A stretch of 36,517 bases of DNA from Myxococcota bacterium (lineage in GTDB: Bacteria; Myxococcota_A; Polyangia; Nannocystales; Nannocystaceae). Made by a program: the position numbers and the translations under genes. This document shows positions 26,327-35,951 of this stretch, piece after piece. The stretch lies in the NCBI GenBank assembly GCA_039028615.1, contig JBCCHT010000071.1, forward strand, positions 1 through 36,517. The letters are read 5' to 3'. Below the pieces are notes generated by a model. The model ran no database searches, was not told where the DNA came from, and saw only the letters and a program-made list of their open reading frames with translations. How positions within the stretch are numbered: position 1 is the first letter of the stretch; every line of letters starts with the position of its first letter.

Positions 26327-26447
26327 CCCTTCGCGCTCGCTGCCAAGGCCCCCAGACCGATCGCATTGCCCTGCACGTATGAACCCACAGCAGCGCTTGC
26401 TCGGATTCGAACACCGGGACGTTGCGGCGCGATATGGTCAACGTCCC

Positions 26448-28658
26448 GTGCGTCGCCACGAGTCAGCCTCGGTCCCCCTTCTGTTGCTCGTCGGCTCTCT
26501 ACTCGCGCTGGGTACGACGGCGGGATGTCGCCCGCAGACCTCGTCGACCCCCAGTTCGTCGCAATCCGGCGAGACGGAGGCCGAGACCGCGACCGAAACG
26601 ACGGCCGTGCCCAGCCCGCGGGCGCTCACCGCCCCCGCGACGTTCTTTGGACACCCGGAGTTCGCGGTGGCCGTGAGCGCATGGGGGTGGTTGCCCGACT
26701 CCGAGAAACTGGTGGCGGCCTACGCCGATGGCACGGTTCGAGTGTGGGACCCGGACACCGAGACCGCGACGCCCCGCCTCTCGGTGCACTCTCCCCAACG
26801 CATCGTCGATCTGTGCATCAGCGCCCACGGAGTGGTGACCCGAGACACCGAGGGGCGAGTGCGCCGTACGAGCTTCGACGGCACGGCGATCACGGGCAAG
26901 CTCGAAGGCCCATGGTGTGGGCCCGAGGCCGACGAAGAGTGCCGTCTCCGGGACCTTCAGTGCTCCCCCGAGTCCGACCTACTCGCGCTCCGAAGCGATG
27001 ACCGCCTCACGATCGTGGAGAGCATCGACGAGCCCGAGTCCCCCCGCGTGCTCGAGTCGATCGTCGACGTCACGGTCTCCCCCGATGGCGAGAAACTCGT
27101 GATGCAGCGGGGCCAGAGCTCCGAAGCGAAGTTCTCCGTGCTTCGAGATCCGTTCGCGGCCAGCTCCGCCGAGATCCCGCTGCCCTGCGATGTCCGGGGA
27201 AACTTCGGACCGAGTGCCGTCTTTTCGCCGACCTCCGACACGGTGGCGCTGTACTTCGGCGACGCCTCTTTACCCTACGAGATCTGCGCGTGGTCGCTGA
27301 GCGGGCCCTCGCCCACCGACGTCTCGCTGAAGGTCGTGAAACGCAAGCGCTCTCCGGTCGAATCCGACGACGACGTGTCGGCGATCAACATGAGCGGCCG
27401 CTTCGACTCTCCGACCCGTTTCACCGCCGATGTCGCCTTCGGCTGGATCGGGGAGGGTTTCTATGACGTGTATGACGACTTCATCACGTGGGACACCCGC
27501 TCGGGTGCGATCGTCCGTCGCAGTCTCGAGCCGAAGAAGGCCAAGCCGACGACCCGAGTCGCGACCGAGGGCCCCGTGATCCACGTGGATCGCCCCGGTT
27601 CGTCGCGCAAGAGCCTGCCCCCGTGGACCGAAGAAGACCGAAACCTCACCGCGGCGATCACCACCATCGACGTGGCCTCCGACGGCAGCCGGCTCCACCT
27701 GCTACGTCGCGGCTCGATCTTGATGACGCACGACACCAGCACTGGCGCCGCCCTCGAGGCCCACACGGTGAGCTGGCCATCGGTCGGGCCCGTGATGAGC
27801 ATCGCCGTCTCCGACGACTCCCAACGCCTGTTGGTCGGCTACGACGCGACCTTCCCCGAGGAAAACGAGGAGTGCGGCGAGCTCGATGACGGAGGCCCGG
27901 GCGGTTTGTTGCGCGTGGACCTCGACGACGGGACGCGGACCGAGCTCGCCGAGCATGACCGCCGCCGCTTCGTGCCGCTGAGCTTCTTACCCGGCACCCA
28001 CACCGCCCTGGTGTGCAACGAAGACTACAGCTCTCCCGACTATTTCTTCGAATGTGGGGAGCCCTCCGGGCCTGGCCCCGACGGAACCCTCGAGCGCCTC
28101 GATCTCGACACGGGCGAGGCGGTGCGACTCCCCGTGAAGGTCGATGCATGCCCGAGCCGCAACGCCATTGGGCTCGCCGCAGAGCGAGTCGCCGTGCTGC
28201 GCGCTCCGGCCGACCGCAAGCCCGGCCTATGGGGCGACGCGGCCTACGACGAGGAACCCTTCTTCGACGTGGAAGTCGCGTCGTGGTCGACGGGAGCGTC
28301 GGTCTTTCGCACGGAGAAATCCCGGCCCGTGCTCCACTACGCGCTGTCGGACGATGGCTCTCGGCTCGCGCTCGCCATACCCGACGCGGTGGAGCTCATC
28401 GGGTTGGACGGCGTGGGCATCGAGCGGCGCTTCGCCCTGCCCTCGTCGGCGACCCCGACGAGCATGGCGCTCTCCCCCGATGGCGCCATGCTCGTCGTGG
28501 GTTTCGAAGATGGAACGGTTCGCTACTGGTCTGAAGGAAACAACGGGCTGGCGGCGCCGCCCCAGGTGAATCGCGATGAGATTTTCGAGCTCCGCTTCGA
28601 TTCGACGGGCTCGCTGTTCACCGTGAGCGACGACGACACGGCCTTCCGCTGGCCGTGA
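26448..28658 (+). CDS. WD40/beta-propeller lipoprotein (alternative start ATG 26379)
   Basis: Lipobox LALGTTAGC; WD-like motifs YADGTVRVWD, VSPDGEKL, LSPDGAMLVVGFEDGTVRYW, SDDDTAFRW. Confidence 0.78.
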   Translation: MRRHESASVPLLLLVGSLLALGTTAGCRPQTSSTPSSSQSGETEAETATETTAVPSPRALTAPATFFGHPEFAVAVSAWGWLPDSEKLVAAYADGTVRVWDPDTETATPRLSVHSPQRIVDLCISAHGVVTRDTEGRVRRTSFDGTAITGKLEGPWCGPEADEECRLRDLQCSPESDLLALRSDDRLTIVESIDEPESPRVLESIVDVTVSPDGEKLVMQRGQSSEAKFSVLRDPFAASSAEIPLPCDVRGNFGPSAVFSPTSDTVALYFGDASLPYEICAWSLSGPSPTDVSLKVVKRKRSPVESDDDVSAINMSGRFDSPTRFTADVAFGWIGEGFYDVYDDFITWDTRSGAIVRRSLEPKKAKPTTRVATEGPVIHVDRPGSSRKSLPPWTEEDRNLTAAITTIDVASDGSRLHLLRRGSILMTHDTSTGAALEAHTVSWPSVGPVMSIAVSDDSQRLLVGYDATFPEENEECGELDDGGPGGLLRVDLDDGTRTELAEHDRRRFVPLSFLPGTHTALVCNEDYSSPDYFFECGEPSGPGPDGTLERLDLDTGEAVRLPVKVDACPSRNAIGLAAERVAVLRAPADRKPGLWGDAAYDEEPFFDVEVASWSTGASVFRTEKSRPVLHYALSDDGSRLALAIPDAVELIGLDGVGIERRFALPSSATPTSMALSPDGAMLVVGFEDGTVRYWSEGNNGLAAPPQVNRDEIFELRFDSTGSLFTVSDDDTAFRWP

Positions 28659-28680
28659 ACGAGAACGCAGGCCGCCGCGC

Positions 28681-30024
28681 TCAACGCAGGCCGTAGCGCT
28701 TGAGCTTGTCGTAGAGCGTGCGCACGCCGATCCCGAGCTGCTCCGCCGCGCGACGACGGTTGCCCTCGCAGTGCACCAGCGCGGCCTCGATGGCCTCGCG
28801 CTCGAGCTCGGACAGGGTCCGCGGCGTCGACGTCGATACGGCAGGAGGAACCTGCTGCGCCACCGGAGCCGCAACACCGGGCACCACCAAGTGCTCAGGG
28901 CCGATGCGATCGTCGTCGGTCAAGATCCCCGCGCGCTCCAGCGTATTGGCCAGCTCGCGCACATTGCCCGGCCACGGCGAAGCCTGGAGGGCCGTCACCG
29001 CCTGCGGGTCGAGGTGCAGGCGGGGGCGACCGAGGCTGGCCGCGACGCGATGCAACAAGACCTCGGCCAGGGCCGGGATGTCCTCGGTGCGCTCGCGCAA
29101 GGGAGGCAGTCGCACGGGGAAGACGGCGAGGCGATGATAGAGATCTTCGCGGAAGCTGCCCTCGCGCACCATCTGCGCCAAGTCCCGGTTGGTGGCCGCG
29201 ACCCAGCGAACGTCGGCCTTGAGGGTCTGGGTGCCGCCGACCCGCTCGAAGCAGCGCTCCTGAATCACGCGCAGCAGCTTGGCCTGCAGCGTCGGCGCGA
29301 GCTCGCCGACCTCGTCGAGGAAGAAGGTGCCGCCTCCGGCCAGCTCGATGCGACCACGCCGTCGCGCGCTCGCCCCCGTGAACGCGCCCTTCTCGTGGCC
29401 GAACAGCTCGCTCTCGAGCAGGCTCTCGGACAACGCCGCGCAGTTGATGGCGACGAAGGGTCCGTCGTCGCGCTGGCTCCACTCGTGCACGGCCCGCGCC
29501 GCGACTTCCTTGCCCGTGCCGCTCTCGCCCAGCAGCAGCACGGTGGCCTCGGTGGGCGCCACCTTGCGCAGCGCCGACTCGACGGTGGCCATGGCGGCGG
29601 AGCCATGACTGAGCCGGAGGCCCTCCTCGCGACGCGAGGCCTCGGCCATGGCCCGCAAGCGGAAGCGCTCGGCGGCCCGCGCCACCAAGAGCCGCAGCTC
29701 GGCCGGGCTCGAGACCGGCTTTTGCAGGTAGTCGAAGGCACCCAGGCGCATGGCCTCGAGGGCGGTGTCCACCGTGCCGTGCGCAGTGAGCATGATGACC
29801 TCGACTTCCGGCTGGGATTCCTTGAGCCGCCGCAGCAGGCTCATGCCGTCGAGCCGCGGCATCTTGAGGTCGGAGATGACGACCTGGAAGCCGCGCTCCG
29901 ACAAGATCTGCCACGCCTCTTCGCCATCCGCTGCTTGCTTGACGTCGTGCCCTTCGTCGAGCAGCGCTTCGGCGAGGAAGCTGCGAATGCCCTCTTCGTC
30001 ATCGACGACCAAAATACTGGCCAT
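28681..30024 (-). CDS. Sigma54-dependent response regulator (NtrC/AtoC/ZraR family)
   Basis: Receiver ILVVDDE...SDLKMP; AAA+ [38 protein letters not shown]; Fis-type [24 protein letters not shown]. Confidence 0.96.
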   Translation of the reverse strand: MASILVVDDEEGIRSFLAEALLDEGHDVKQAADGEEAWQILSERGFQVVISDLKMPRLDGMSLLRRLKESQPEVEVIMLTAHGTVDTALEAMRLGAFDYLQKPVSSPAELRLLVARAAERFRLRAMAEASRREEGLRLSHGSAAMATVESALRKVAPTEATVLLLGESGTGKEVAARAVHEWSQRDDGPFVAINCAALSESLLESELFGHEKGAFTGASARRRGRIELAGGGTFFLDEVGELAPTLQAKLLRVIQERCFERVGGTQTLKADVRWVAATNRDLAQMVREGSFREDLYHRLAVFPVRLPPLRERTEDIPALAEVLLHRVAASLGRPRLHLDPQAVTALQASPWPGNVRELANTLERAGILTDDDRIGPEHLVVPGVAAPVAQQVPPAVSTSTPRTLSELEREAIEAALVHCEGNRRRAAEQLGIGVRTLYDKLKRYGLR

Positions 30025-30098
30025 GTTCGTATCCTGAGGTGCCTGCCTGGGCTGGGTGGAGGGGGGTGGATTGAGCCTACCGTTATCGGGCCATGGTT

Positions 30099-31466
30099 TC
30101 ATGATGTTCCATCCTTCGGCAGCATCACGACGAAGCTTGCTCCGCCCCCCGGAGCGTCGACTACGTCGATGGTGCCGCCATGCTGTTCGATGATTCGGCG
30201 GGAAACCGCCAAACCGAGGCCCGTGCCACGGGTCCTCGTAGTGTGAAAGGGTTCGAAAATCCGATTGCGATCTTCCTCGGGGACCCCGGGCCCGTGGTCG
30301 CGTACTTCAAAGACCAACATGCCGCGCTCCACCGCTACGCGGGCCTGGCAGGGCTCGTCGGGCGCAGCCTGCCAGGCGTTGTCGATCAAATTGCGCAAGA
30401 CTTGCTCGAGCTTCCCGCCGTCGAAGCTCCAGCGCTCGGGCGCGCCTTCGAGCTCGAGCTCCACCACCCCCGAGCACGCTTCGGCACAGCGCCGCAGGAG
30501 TGCGACCGGGTCGACCGGCTCGACCTTGAGCTTGGTCGTCCGAGCAAAGTCCAACAGTCCGTTGGTCAGGTGCTCCAGTCGCTGCGTCTCGTCGAGGATC
30601 CGCACCGCCTTGCGCTCGAGCGGGGGATCCCCAATGACCTTCTCGGCCAACAGCTGGGCGTGCCCCTTGAGCGAAGCCAAGGGGTTGCGAATCTCGTGGG
30701 CCAATACGGCCGACATCTCGCCCAGCGCCGCCAGGTGCCGCTGTGCAGCCAGGCGCGCCTCCGCGGCCTGGGCCCGTCGCGACATCCTCCAGAACACGGT
30801 GGCGCCCAGCATCAAGGCGACGGCCACCGTCACGCCCACCCCCAAGTCCCGCTGCGCTCGCGCCCGCAGGGCCAGCGCCGCCTCGGGCACGAACTCGATG
30901 ACCACGATGGGAGGACGCCGCGGGCCTCCCTTGCCCCGCAGGTGCGGCGGCAGCTTGCCATCGAAGTGCGGACCCTTGCGATCGTGAGGTGGGCCCTTGC
31001 GATCGTGGGGCGGACCCTTGCGCTCGTGAGGCGGAGGACCCTTGCCCTCGCGGGGTGGTCCCCGCAGGGCAAAGGCGACCTGGGCCAGGTCGCCGCGGAC
31101 CTTGATCTCGCCGGGTTCCATCAGCGGCAAGGGGTCTCCCGAGCCCGCCTCGGCGATGAGGCCTCGGCGCGGACCGGTGATGGCGACCTTGCGTACCCCG
31201 GTGGCCGCGTGCTCGTCGACGAACGCCTCGAGGGTCTCGCTGCGAGGCGGGCCGAAGAACCCCTGCTGCTCGATGTCCTTGTATAGCTCGCGGTGCAGGG
31301 CCTGGGCCTGCCCCCGAATGACGGTGTTGGTGATCGTCGTCGCTCCGAGATAGCTCGTGATCGACGACACCAACAATGCGGTGCCCAGCACCAGGGCGAC
31401 GACGAAGAACCCCCAACGGGCGATTTCTCCCGAGAAGGGAGATGAAGGCTGCTCTTGTTCCGACAC
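30099..31466 (-). CDS. Membrane sensor histidine kinase (start uncertain; longer ORF start at 31526)
   Basis: Two TM helices; H-box [10 protein letters not shown]-box NLIDNA; DHGPG; IFEPF; GTGLGL. Confidence 0.94.
   Translation of the reverse strand: MSEQEQPSSPFSGEIARWGFFVVALVLGTALLVSSITSYLGATTITNTVIRGQAQALHRELYKDIEQQGFFGPPRSETLEAFVDEHAATGVRKVAITGPRRGLIAEAGSGDPLPLMEPGEIKVRGDLAQVAFALRGPPREGKGPPPHERKGPPHDRKGPPHDRKGPHFDGKLPPHLRGKGGPRRPPIVVIEFVPEAALALRARAQRDLGVGVTVAVALMLGATVFWRMSRRAQAAEARLAAQRHLAALGEMSAVLAHEIRNPLASLKGHAQLLAEKVIGDPPLERKAVRILDETQRLEHLTNGLLDFARTTKLKVEPVDPVALLRRCAEACSGVVELELEGAPERWSFDGGKLEQVLRNLIDNAWQAAPDEPCQARVAVERGMLVFEVRDHGPGVPEEDRNRIFEPFHTTRTRGTGLGLAVSRRIIEQHGGTIDVVDAPGGGASFVVMLPKDGTS
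30970..31047 (-). repeat. 21-nt tandem repeat (three copies plus a partial) encoding KGPPH(D/E)R in the kinase sensor domain
   Basis: Plus-strand units GGACCCTTGCGATCGTGAGGT, GGGCCCTTGCGATCGTGGGGC, GGACCCTTGCGCTCGTGAGGC. Confidence 0.85.
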
Positions 31467-31491
31467 GGTGGATTTCCAATCGCCTTCGACG

Positions 31492-32277
31492 TTAGGGGTC
31501 CACCGAGGTCGCGTCGAGCGAAACATCGGCCATGAGGTTGAGCAGGAGCTGTCGCTCGATCTGCGCCTGAGAGTCGAACGACCATTCGATGCCGTTCAGG
31601 AGCGTGTCGAGGCGTCGGTGCAGCGTGACCGCCATCGAGCCATCGATCGCCAGCGAAGATGGCAGGTCCACGAAGACGCCGTTGGCCAACGAGGTGTCGA
31701 CCGAGATGTCGGTCCACTCGGCGGCCCCGGGTGCTCGCGCCCGCCCTTCGAGCAGCAGCGTGCTGCCCTGGGCGTCCGCGGGAGCGGTCCCCCGGGCGCC
31801 CTCGGGCGCGGCGGCGCTCAGCAGGTGTACCCGGCAGTACCGCGCCGCGGGATGCTCCACCGTGCCCAGGGTCGTGACCTGGGGCGCGGAGAAGTCGTCG
31901 ACGAAGGCCTGGTCCATCGCGGAGGGATCGAGGTCTCCGCCGTGGCCTGCATGGGCAGCGGGCAGCAGCCAGCGACCGAGCGCGGCGAAGGGCTCGTCCT
32001 CGACGGGCTCGGGACAGGGCACCAGCGCGACGGTGTAGGTGGTGAGCCAGGCCAGCTCGACCTCGACCTCGTAGCCGAGATCGGTCGTGAGCAGGAACCC
32101 CTCTTCGGTCAGGTCGACCGCGGACTCGTCCCAGACCCAGTCTTGGGCATAGGTCACGCGCTCGACCCACAGGCCCTCGAGCGACTCGTCTGCCGGGTCG
32201 GGCTCGGCGGGGGCACAGGCGACCGCGGCCAGCGTGGCCATCGAGATCAGCGAACGTGCAGCGACGACGCGGATCAT
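31492..32277 (-). CDS. Hypothetical lipoprotein with an AHAGH motif, possibly metal-binding
   Basis: Lipobox LAAVAC; LVPCP, PAAHAGHG, RYCRVH; ATGA overlap with the upstream gene. Confidence 0.75.
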   Translation of the reverse strand: MIRVVAARSLISMATLAAVACAPAEPDPADESLEGLWVERVTYAQDWVWDESAVDLTEEGFLLTTDLGYEVEVELAWLTTYTVALVPCPEPVEDEPFAALGRWLLPAAHAGHGGDLDPSAMDQAFVDDFSAPQVTTLGTVEHPAARYCRVHLLSAAAPEGARGTAPADAQGSTLLLEGRARAPGAAEWTDISVDTSLANGVFVDLPSSLAIDGSMAVTLHRRLDTLLNGIEWSFDSQAQIERQLLLNLMADVSLDATSVDP

Positions 32278-33095
32278 CCGTGCACGCTCCGGTTCGGATC
32301 GGGCGACTCGCCGTGCAGCAGGTCGCGGAGGGTGGCGAGCTGGTCGTCATCGACGATCGAGACGAGGGCGGCCACGAGCTCGACCTCGAAGGTCGCCTCG
32401 AAGGTGCCGTTGCGACGATGCGCGTCCTCGATGCCCAGCTGGTTGGCATCGAAGTCGTCTCGCACGAAGACCAGCAGCTCGGGCCAGTGCGGCGGCATCG
32501 GCCGCGGCGGGCGACCGAGAGCATTTCGCAGGGCGCGATGCTGCTGTCGATCGAGCTCCAGCGTGTCGATCAGGCCGTTGGCGTGCCGCGGGGGCGGGGG
32601 TGGATGGTGCCGCCCCTCGGCGTCGGGCTCCGCCGGGCGCTGGTGCTGCAACGCATCGACGACCGCCTGGCGCGTGGCCGGAGCGAGTAGACCGTGGGCC
32701 ACGTTGAGCGCATGGACGAGCGCAGTCGCTTCGCCATGAGCGTTCGCGGCCACGGCCGAGATTCGCTTGGCGAATGCTTCGGCCCGCACGTCTCGCGAGT
32801 TCACGGCCTCGGCCAGCTCGCGTCGAAGGGCAGCCCGGCAGCGGCGGCTGAGGTCGTGAGCCTCTTGGACTTGGTCCAGCGCCGCTTGCATCTGTGCGTC
32901 TTCGAGCAGGTCGCCCTCGCGCATGGCGTGGCGCAGCAGCACCACGGGAGGAGGCTCCTGTTCGTGCATGCGATGGGCACGGTTGACGGCGTGCCGAACC
33001 TGGATCTCGTCGCCGAGCTCCAAGGTCTGGTCCAGGCCGCAGGCCGCCGACGAGCAGGTCAGCAACGCGAGGGTGAGTAGCGTCGAGACCTTCAT
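32274..33095 (-). CDS. His-rich exported protein with duplicated Spy/CpxP (LTxxQ-like) helical units
   Basis: Signal/lipobox LLTCSSAAC; LEDAQMQAAL, LAPATRQAV, LELDRQQHRAL, VDDDQLATL; numerous His residues. Confidence 0.68.
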   Translation of the reverse strand: MKVSTLLTLALLTCSSAACGLDQTLELGDEIQVRHAVNRAHRMHEQEPPPVVLLRHAMREGDLLEDAQMQAALDQVQEAHDLSRRCRAALRRELAEAVNSRDVRAEAFAKRISAVAANAHGEATALVHALNVAHGLLAPATRQAVVDALQHQRPAEPDAEGRHHPPPPPRHANGLIDTLELDRQQHRALRNALGRPPRPMPPHWPELLVFVRDDFDANQLGIEDAHRRNGTFEATFEVELVAALVSIVDDDQLATLRDLLHGESPDPNRSVHG

Positions 33096-33208
33096 CGCGA
33101 CTCACTCCCGACCGATGGCTGGGGATGGGCGTCCCCGAGGCATCCGGCCGAGACCAGGGTGAACGTGACCGGGGCGGCGGGCACGTGGGTTGGGCGGAAC
33201 AAAGACAT
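33092..33208 (-). CDS. Putative 38-aa small ORF with lipobox-like motif (mini-lipoprotein or gene remnant)
   Basis: MSLFRPTHVPAAPVTFTLVSAGCLGDAHPQPSVGSESR; GGAG 12 nt upstream; stop overlaps the next ATG (ATGA). Confidence 0.35.
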   Translation of the reverse strand: MSLFRPTHVPAAPVTFTLVSAGCLGDAHPQPSVGSESR

Positions 33209-33258
33209 CGTTGGGCGAGACTCCGGCAAGAGCGTTTCGGCGGTGACGCCCTGATTCC

Positions 33259-33274
33259 TGCACATGCCGTACCC
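33259..33274 (-). promoter_or_regulatory. Putative sigma54 (-24/-12) promoter of the Spy-like/lipoprotein/HK/RR operon
   Basis: GGGTACG-GCAT-GTGCA versus consensus TGGCACG-N4-TTGCW, with exact GG-N10-GC spacing; the operon encodes a sigma54 activator. Confidence 0.6.
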
Positions 33275-33430
33275 CTCCCCGGCTCGCCCCGATTCCAACG
33301 AGATCAAGCAGCTGAGGCCTCTGTGGGACCTGCAGGTCCCGCACTGGCGCTGGACTCGCCGTGCCAGATCCGCAGGACGAACTCGGCCGAAGACCGGCGA
33401 AACGCGCCTCGTCCGCTCCGATCTGCCCGG

Positions 33431-33476
33431 GACAATGACCCCGTAGCACGTTTAATTGTCCAATATCAGTGACAAT
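33431..33476. promoter_or_regulatory. Probable LysR binding sites
   Basis: ATTGTC-N10-GACAAT inverted repeat (33455-33476) plus an extra GACAAT at 33431, in an AT-rich patch overlapping the lysR start. Confidence 0.6.
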
Positions 33477-34413
33477 GGAGAGCCCCGTTCGCATCGACGA
33501 CATGCGCCTGTTCGCCAGCGTGGCGGATGCGGGCAGCTTCACCGCCGCGGCCGAGCGTCTGCGCCTGCCGAAGCAAACGGTGAGCCGAAGACTGGCCGAG
33601 CTCGAGGCGGCGCTCGGCGTTCAGCTCGCCACGCGAACGACCCGAACCCTGCGGCTGACCGACGTGGGGCGAGCCTATGCCGAGCGTTGTCGCGAGGTGG
33701 TGCGGCTGGCCGACGACGCCAACCGAGCCGCGGCGGAGACCGGCGACCAACCTCGCGGCATCGTCCGCATCACCGCCGACCCGACCTTCGGCGAGGCCTT
33801 CTTGCCGAGCCTGTGCGCCGAGTATCTCGAGCGGCATCCGCAGGTGAAGCTCGAGGTCGTGCTGACCCCCCGCAGCGTCGACTTGGTGGACGAAGGCTTC
33901 GACCTCGCGTTTCGAGTGGGGCACCTCCAAGACTCGAGCCTGGTCGCACGCCGGCTGGGGTCGGCCCGCATGCTCTACTGCGCCGCGCCGTCGTACCTGG
34001 AGGCCCGTGGCCGACCCACCGTGCCCGATCAACTCCGGGAGCACGACTGCATCGAGCTGTCGCCGCGTCGGCAAGGCGTGCGCTGGCCCTTCCGCGGGGC
34101 GGACGGAGGCGTGGACACGGTGGACGTCGCGGGGCGCATTCGCGTCAACTCTCTGCCCATGGCCCGCGAGATCGCCCTGGCCGGGCTGGGCATCGCCAAC
34201 CTGCCCGCGTTCTCGTGCGTGCGCGACCTGGCCACCGGACGGCTGTGCACGGTGCTCGACGACTGGGTGATCGAGGTCGGTGGCGTCTCGGTGGTCTTTC
34301 CCCCCTCGCGCTTCCTCTCCGTCGCCGTGCGGCGCTTCGTGGACCTGGCGGTGGAGCGCTTCAGCGGCGAGCAACGACAGCGCCTCGAAGGCGAAGAAGC
34401 GCCGTCCGAGTGA
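33475..34413 (+). CDS. LysR-family transcriptional regulator (CrgA/DmlR-like)
   Basis: GSFTAAAERLRLPKQTVSRRLAELEAALGVQLATRTTRTLRLTDVG; VDLVDEGFDLAFRVG. Confidence 0.96.
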   Translation: MESPVRIDDMRLFASVADAGSFTAAAERLRLPKQTVSRRLAELEAALGVQLATRTTRTLRLTDVGRAYAERCREVVRLADDANRAAAETGDQPRGIVRITADPTFGEAFLPSLCAEYLERHPQVKLEVVLTPRSVDLVDEGFDLAFRVGHLQDSSLVARRLGSARMLYCAAPSYLEARGRPTVPDQLREHDCIELSPRRQGVRWPFRGADGGVDTVDVAGRIRVNSLPMAREIALAGLGIANLPAFSCVRDLATGRLCTVLDDWVIEVGGVSVVFPPSRFLSVAVRRFVDLAVERFSGEQRQRLEGEEAPSE

Positions 34414-34416
34414 GCG

Positions 34417-35886
34417 CTACCCGGCGTCATCACGCGCCCGGAGGAGTCGCAGGGTCTCGCGCTCGTGCCACAGCACCCCGGCCAGGCCGAGCCCGATGAG
34501 GCCTGTCGTGACCGGCACGATGACCAGCAACGATGGCGACGCGGGCAGCAGCTGGGCGGCGCCCCACGCCATGAGCCCGGCCGGCAACGGCAACCAGGCC
34601 CCCGCCACCAGCACTCGCAGTACCGTCCGCCGCGGCAGCGCCATCGCCCGGGCCACCAGCGACAGCGCCACGAAGCCGACGACGGGAAAGACCAGCAGCC
34701 AGGCCAAGGCCACGCCCATCACCCCGTACCACCAGGCACCGAGCACGAAGGCCAGCGGCATGATCACCGCCCCGGACAGCGAGTACACGAAGCCGTCGCG
34801 GGCCCGCCCGAGGGCATAGAGCACCTGCGGCAACAGTGGGCTGACGCTGTGCAGCATGGCCAGCCCGGCGAAGATCCACACCAGCGGCAGCGCGGGGAGC
34901 CAGCGCTCGTAGCCAGCGGCGGTCATCAAGCCTTCGGCCATGATCGCGCAGACCACCAACATCACACCGATGCCTCCCGCGCAGATCCTGGCGAACGCCC
35001 CCAGGTATCGCCGCAGTCGCTCCGGCTCGTCTTGGAGTCGCGAGAAGGTCGGGTACGCCACACGAACCACCACGTTGGTGAGCCCGCGAGTCGGGTCGAG
35101 CACGATCCGATAGGCGAAGGCGTAGAGCCCGAGCTGCTCCCCCGAGACGATGGCTCCCACCACCAGGTAATCGGCGTTGATGTACAGGTGATGAAGCAGC
35201 CGCGAGCCGCTGGCGAACAGACCAAAGCGCAGCAGCGGCCACACGGAAGCGCCCCGGCCGAGACCGCGGGGTCGGTACGGGGCGGCGATCCACAGCCCCA
35301 GGGTCTGGGTGCTGCGATTGACCAGCTCCGCCCCCACGAACGCCCAGACGCCGTAGCCCTGCCACGCCATCACCACCAGGGTCACCGCCCCCGCGATCGT
35401 GCCGATGTTGTCGGCCAGCGCCAGTCGGCCCATCGCCAGATCGCGCTCGAGCCATGCCCGCGGCACCATGCCCAGCGAGCCCGCCACCAGCACCGCCGCC
35501 TGGATCCGCAGCGGTGAGACGAGTTCAGGGGTCGACAGCAGCGAAGCCAACAGCGGAGCTGAACCGGCGACGATCCCCCAGGCCAACAACGCGGCCGCCA
35601 ACGAGCGCCAGAACAACGCGTCGATCTCGTCGGGCTCGATCGTGGGGACCTGGACCAGGGCGCCGCCGAGGCTGAGCTCCGCCGTGGCGCGCAGCACCGC
35701 GGTGATCGCCAAGATCAAGCTGGCCAGGCCCAAGTCGGCCACCGAGACCCACCGCAGCGCGAGCAACAACGCCCCCAGGCTCAACACCCGGGCGCTCACG
35801 CTGCCCGCCGCCGCCAACAGCAACGAACGCGCTACGCGACGAGCGAAGCCCGGGCCCGAACCCGGCTCGGCAGTTGCATCGGGCAC
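34417..35886 (-). CDS. Polysaccharide/oligosaccharide flippase (Wzx, WzxC-like)
   Basis: 12-14 hydrophobic segments; GYGVWAFV, LLRFG, NADYLVVG...LGLYAFAYR, VAYPTFSRLQDE. Confidence 0.88.
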   Translation of the reverse strand: MPDATAEPGSGPGFARRVARSLLLAAAGSVSARVLSLGALLLALRWVSVADLGLASLILAITAVLRATAELSLGGALVQVPTIEPDEIDALFWRSLAAALLAWGIVAGSAPLLASLLSTPELVSPLRIQAAVLVAGSLGMVPRAWLERDLAMGRLALADNIGTIAGAVTLVVMAWQGYGVWAFVGAELVNRSTQTLGLWIAAPYRPRGLGRGASVWPLLRFGLFASGSRLLHHLYINADYLVVGAIVSGEQLGLYAFAYRIVLDPTRGLTNVVVRVAYPTFSRLQDEPERLRRYLGAFARICAGGIGVMLVVCAIMAEGLMTAAGYERWLPALPLVWIFAGLAMLHSVSPLLPQVLYALGRARDGFVYSLSGAVIMPLAFVLGAWWYGVMGVALAWLLVFPVVGFVALSLVARAMALPRRTVLRVLVAGAWLPLPAGLMAWGAAQLLPASPSLLVIVPVTTGLIGLGLAGVLWHERETLRLLRARDDAG

Positions 35887-35951
35887 CGCCCGCAGGGTCC
35901 CGCGTTTGGCCAGTCACGACCAGGACAAAGCCGGCCGACGCCGCGTGTCGC

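Noticed and set aside
25782..26378. N-terminal extension of the 958-aa ORF
   Set aside because: Overlaps the Cys-rich lipoprotein on the other strand; the true signal peptide begins near 26448.
30970..31047. Short direct repeats as a possible CRISPR array
   Set aside because: Units are contiguous with no spacers, in frame within a CDS, and no cas genes are present.
33351..33366. Second sigma54-like site TGGCACG-GCGA-GTCCA on the minus strand
   Set aside because: Perfect -24 element but lacks the conserved GC at -12; the 33259-33274 site fits better.
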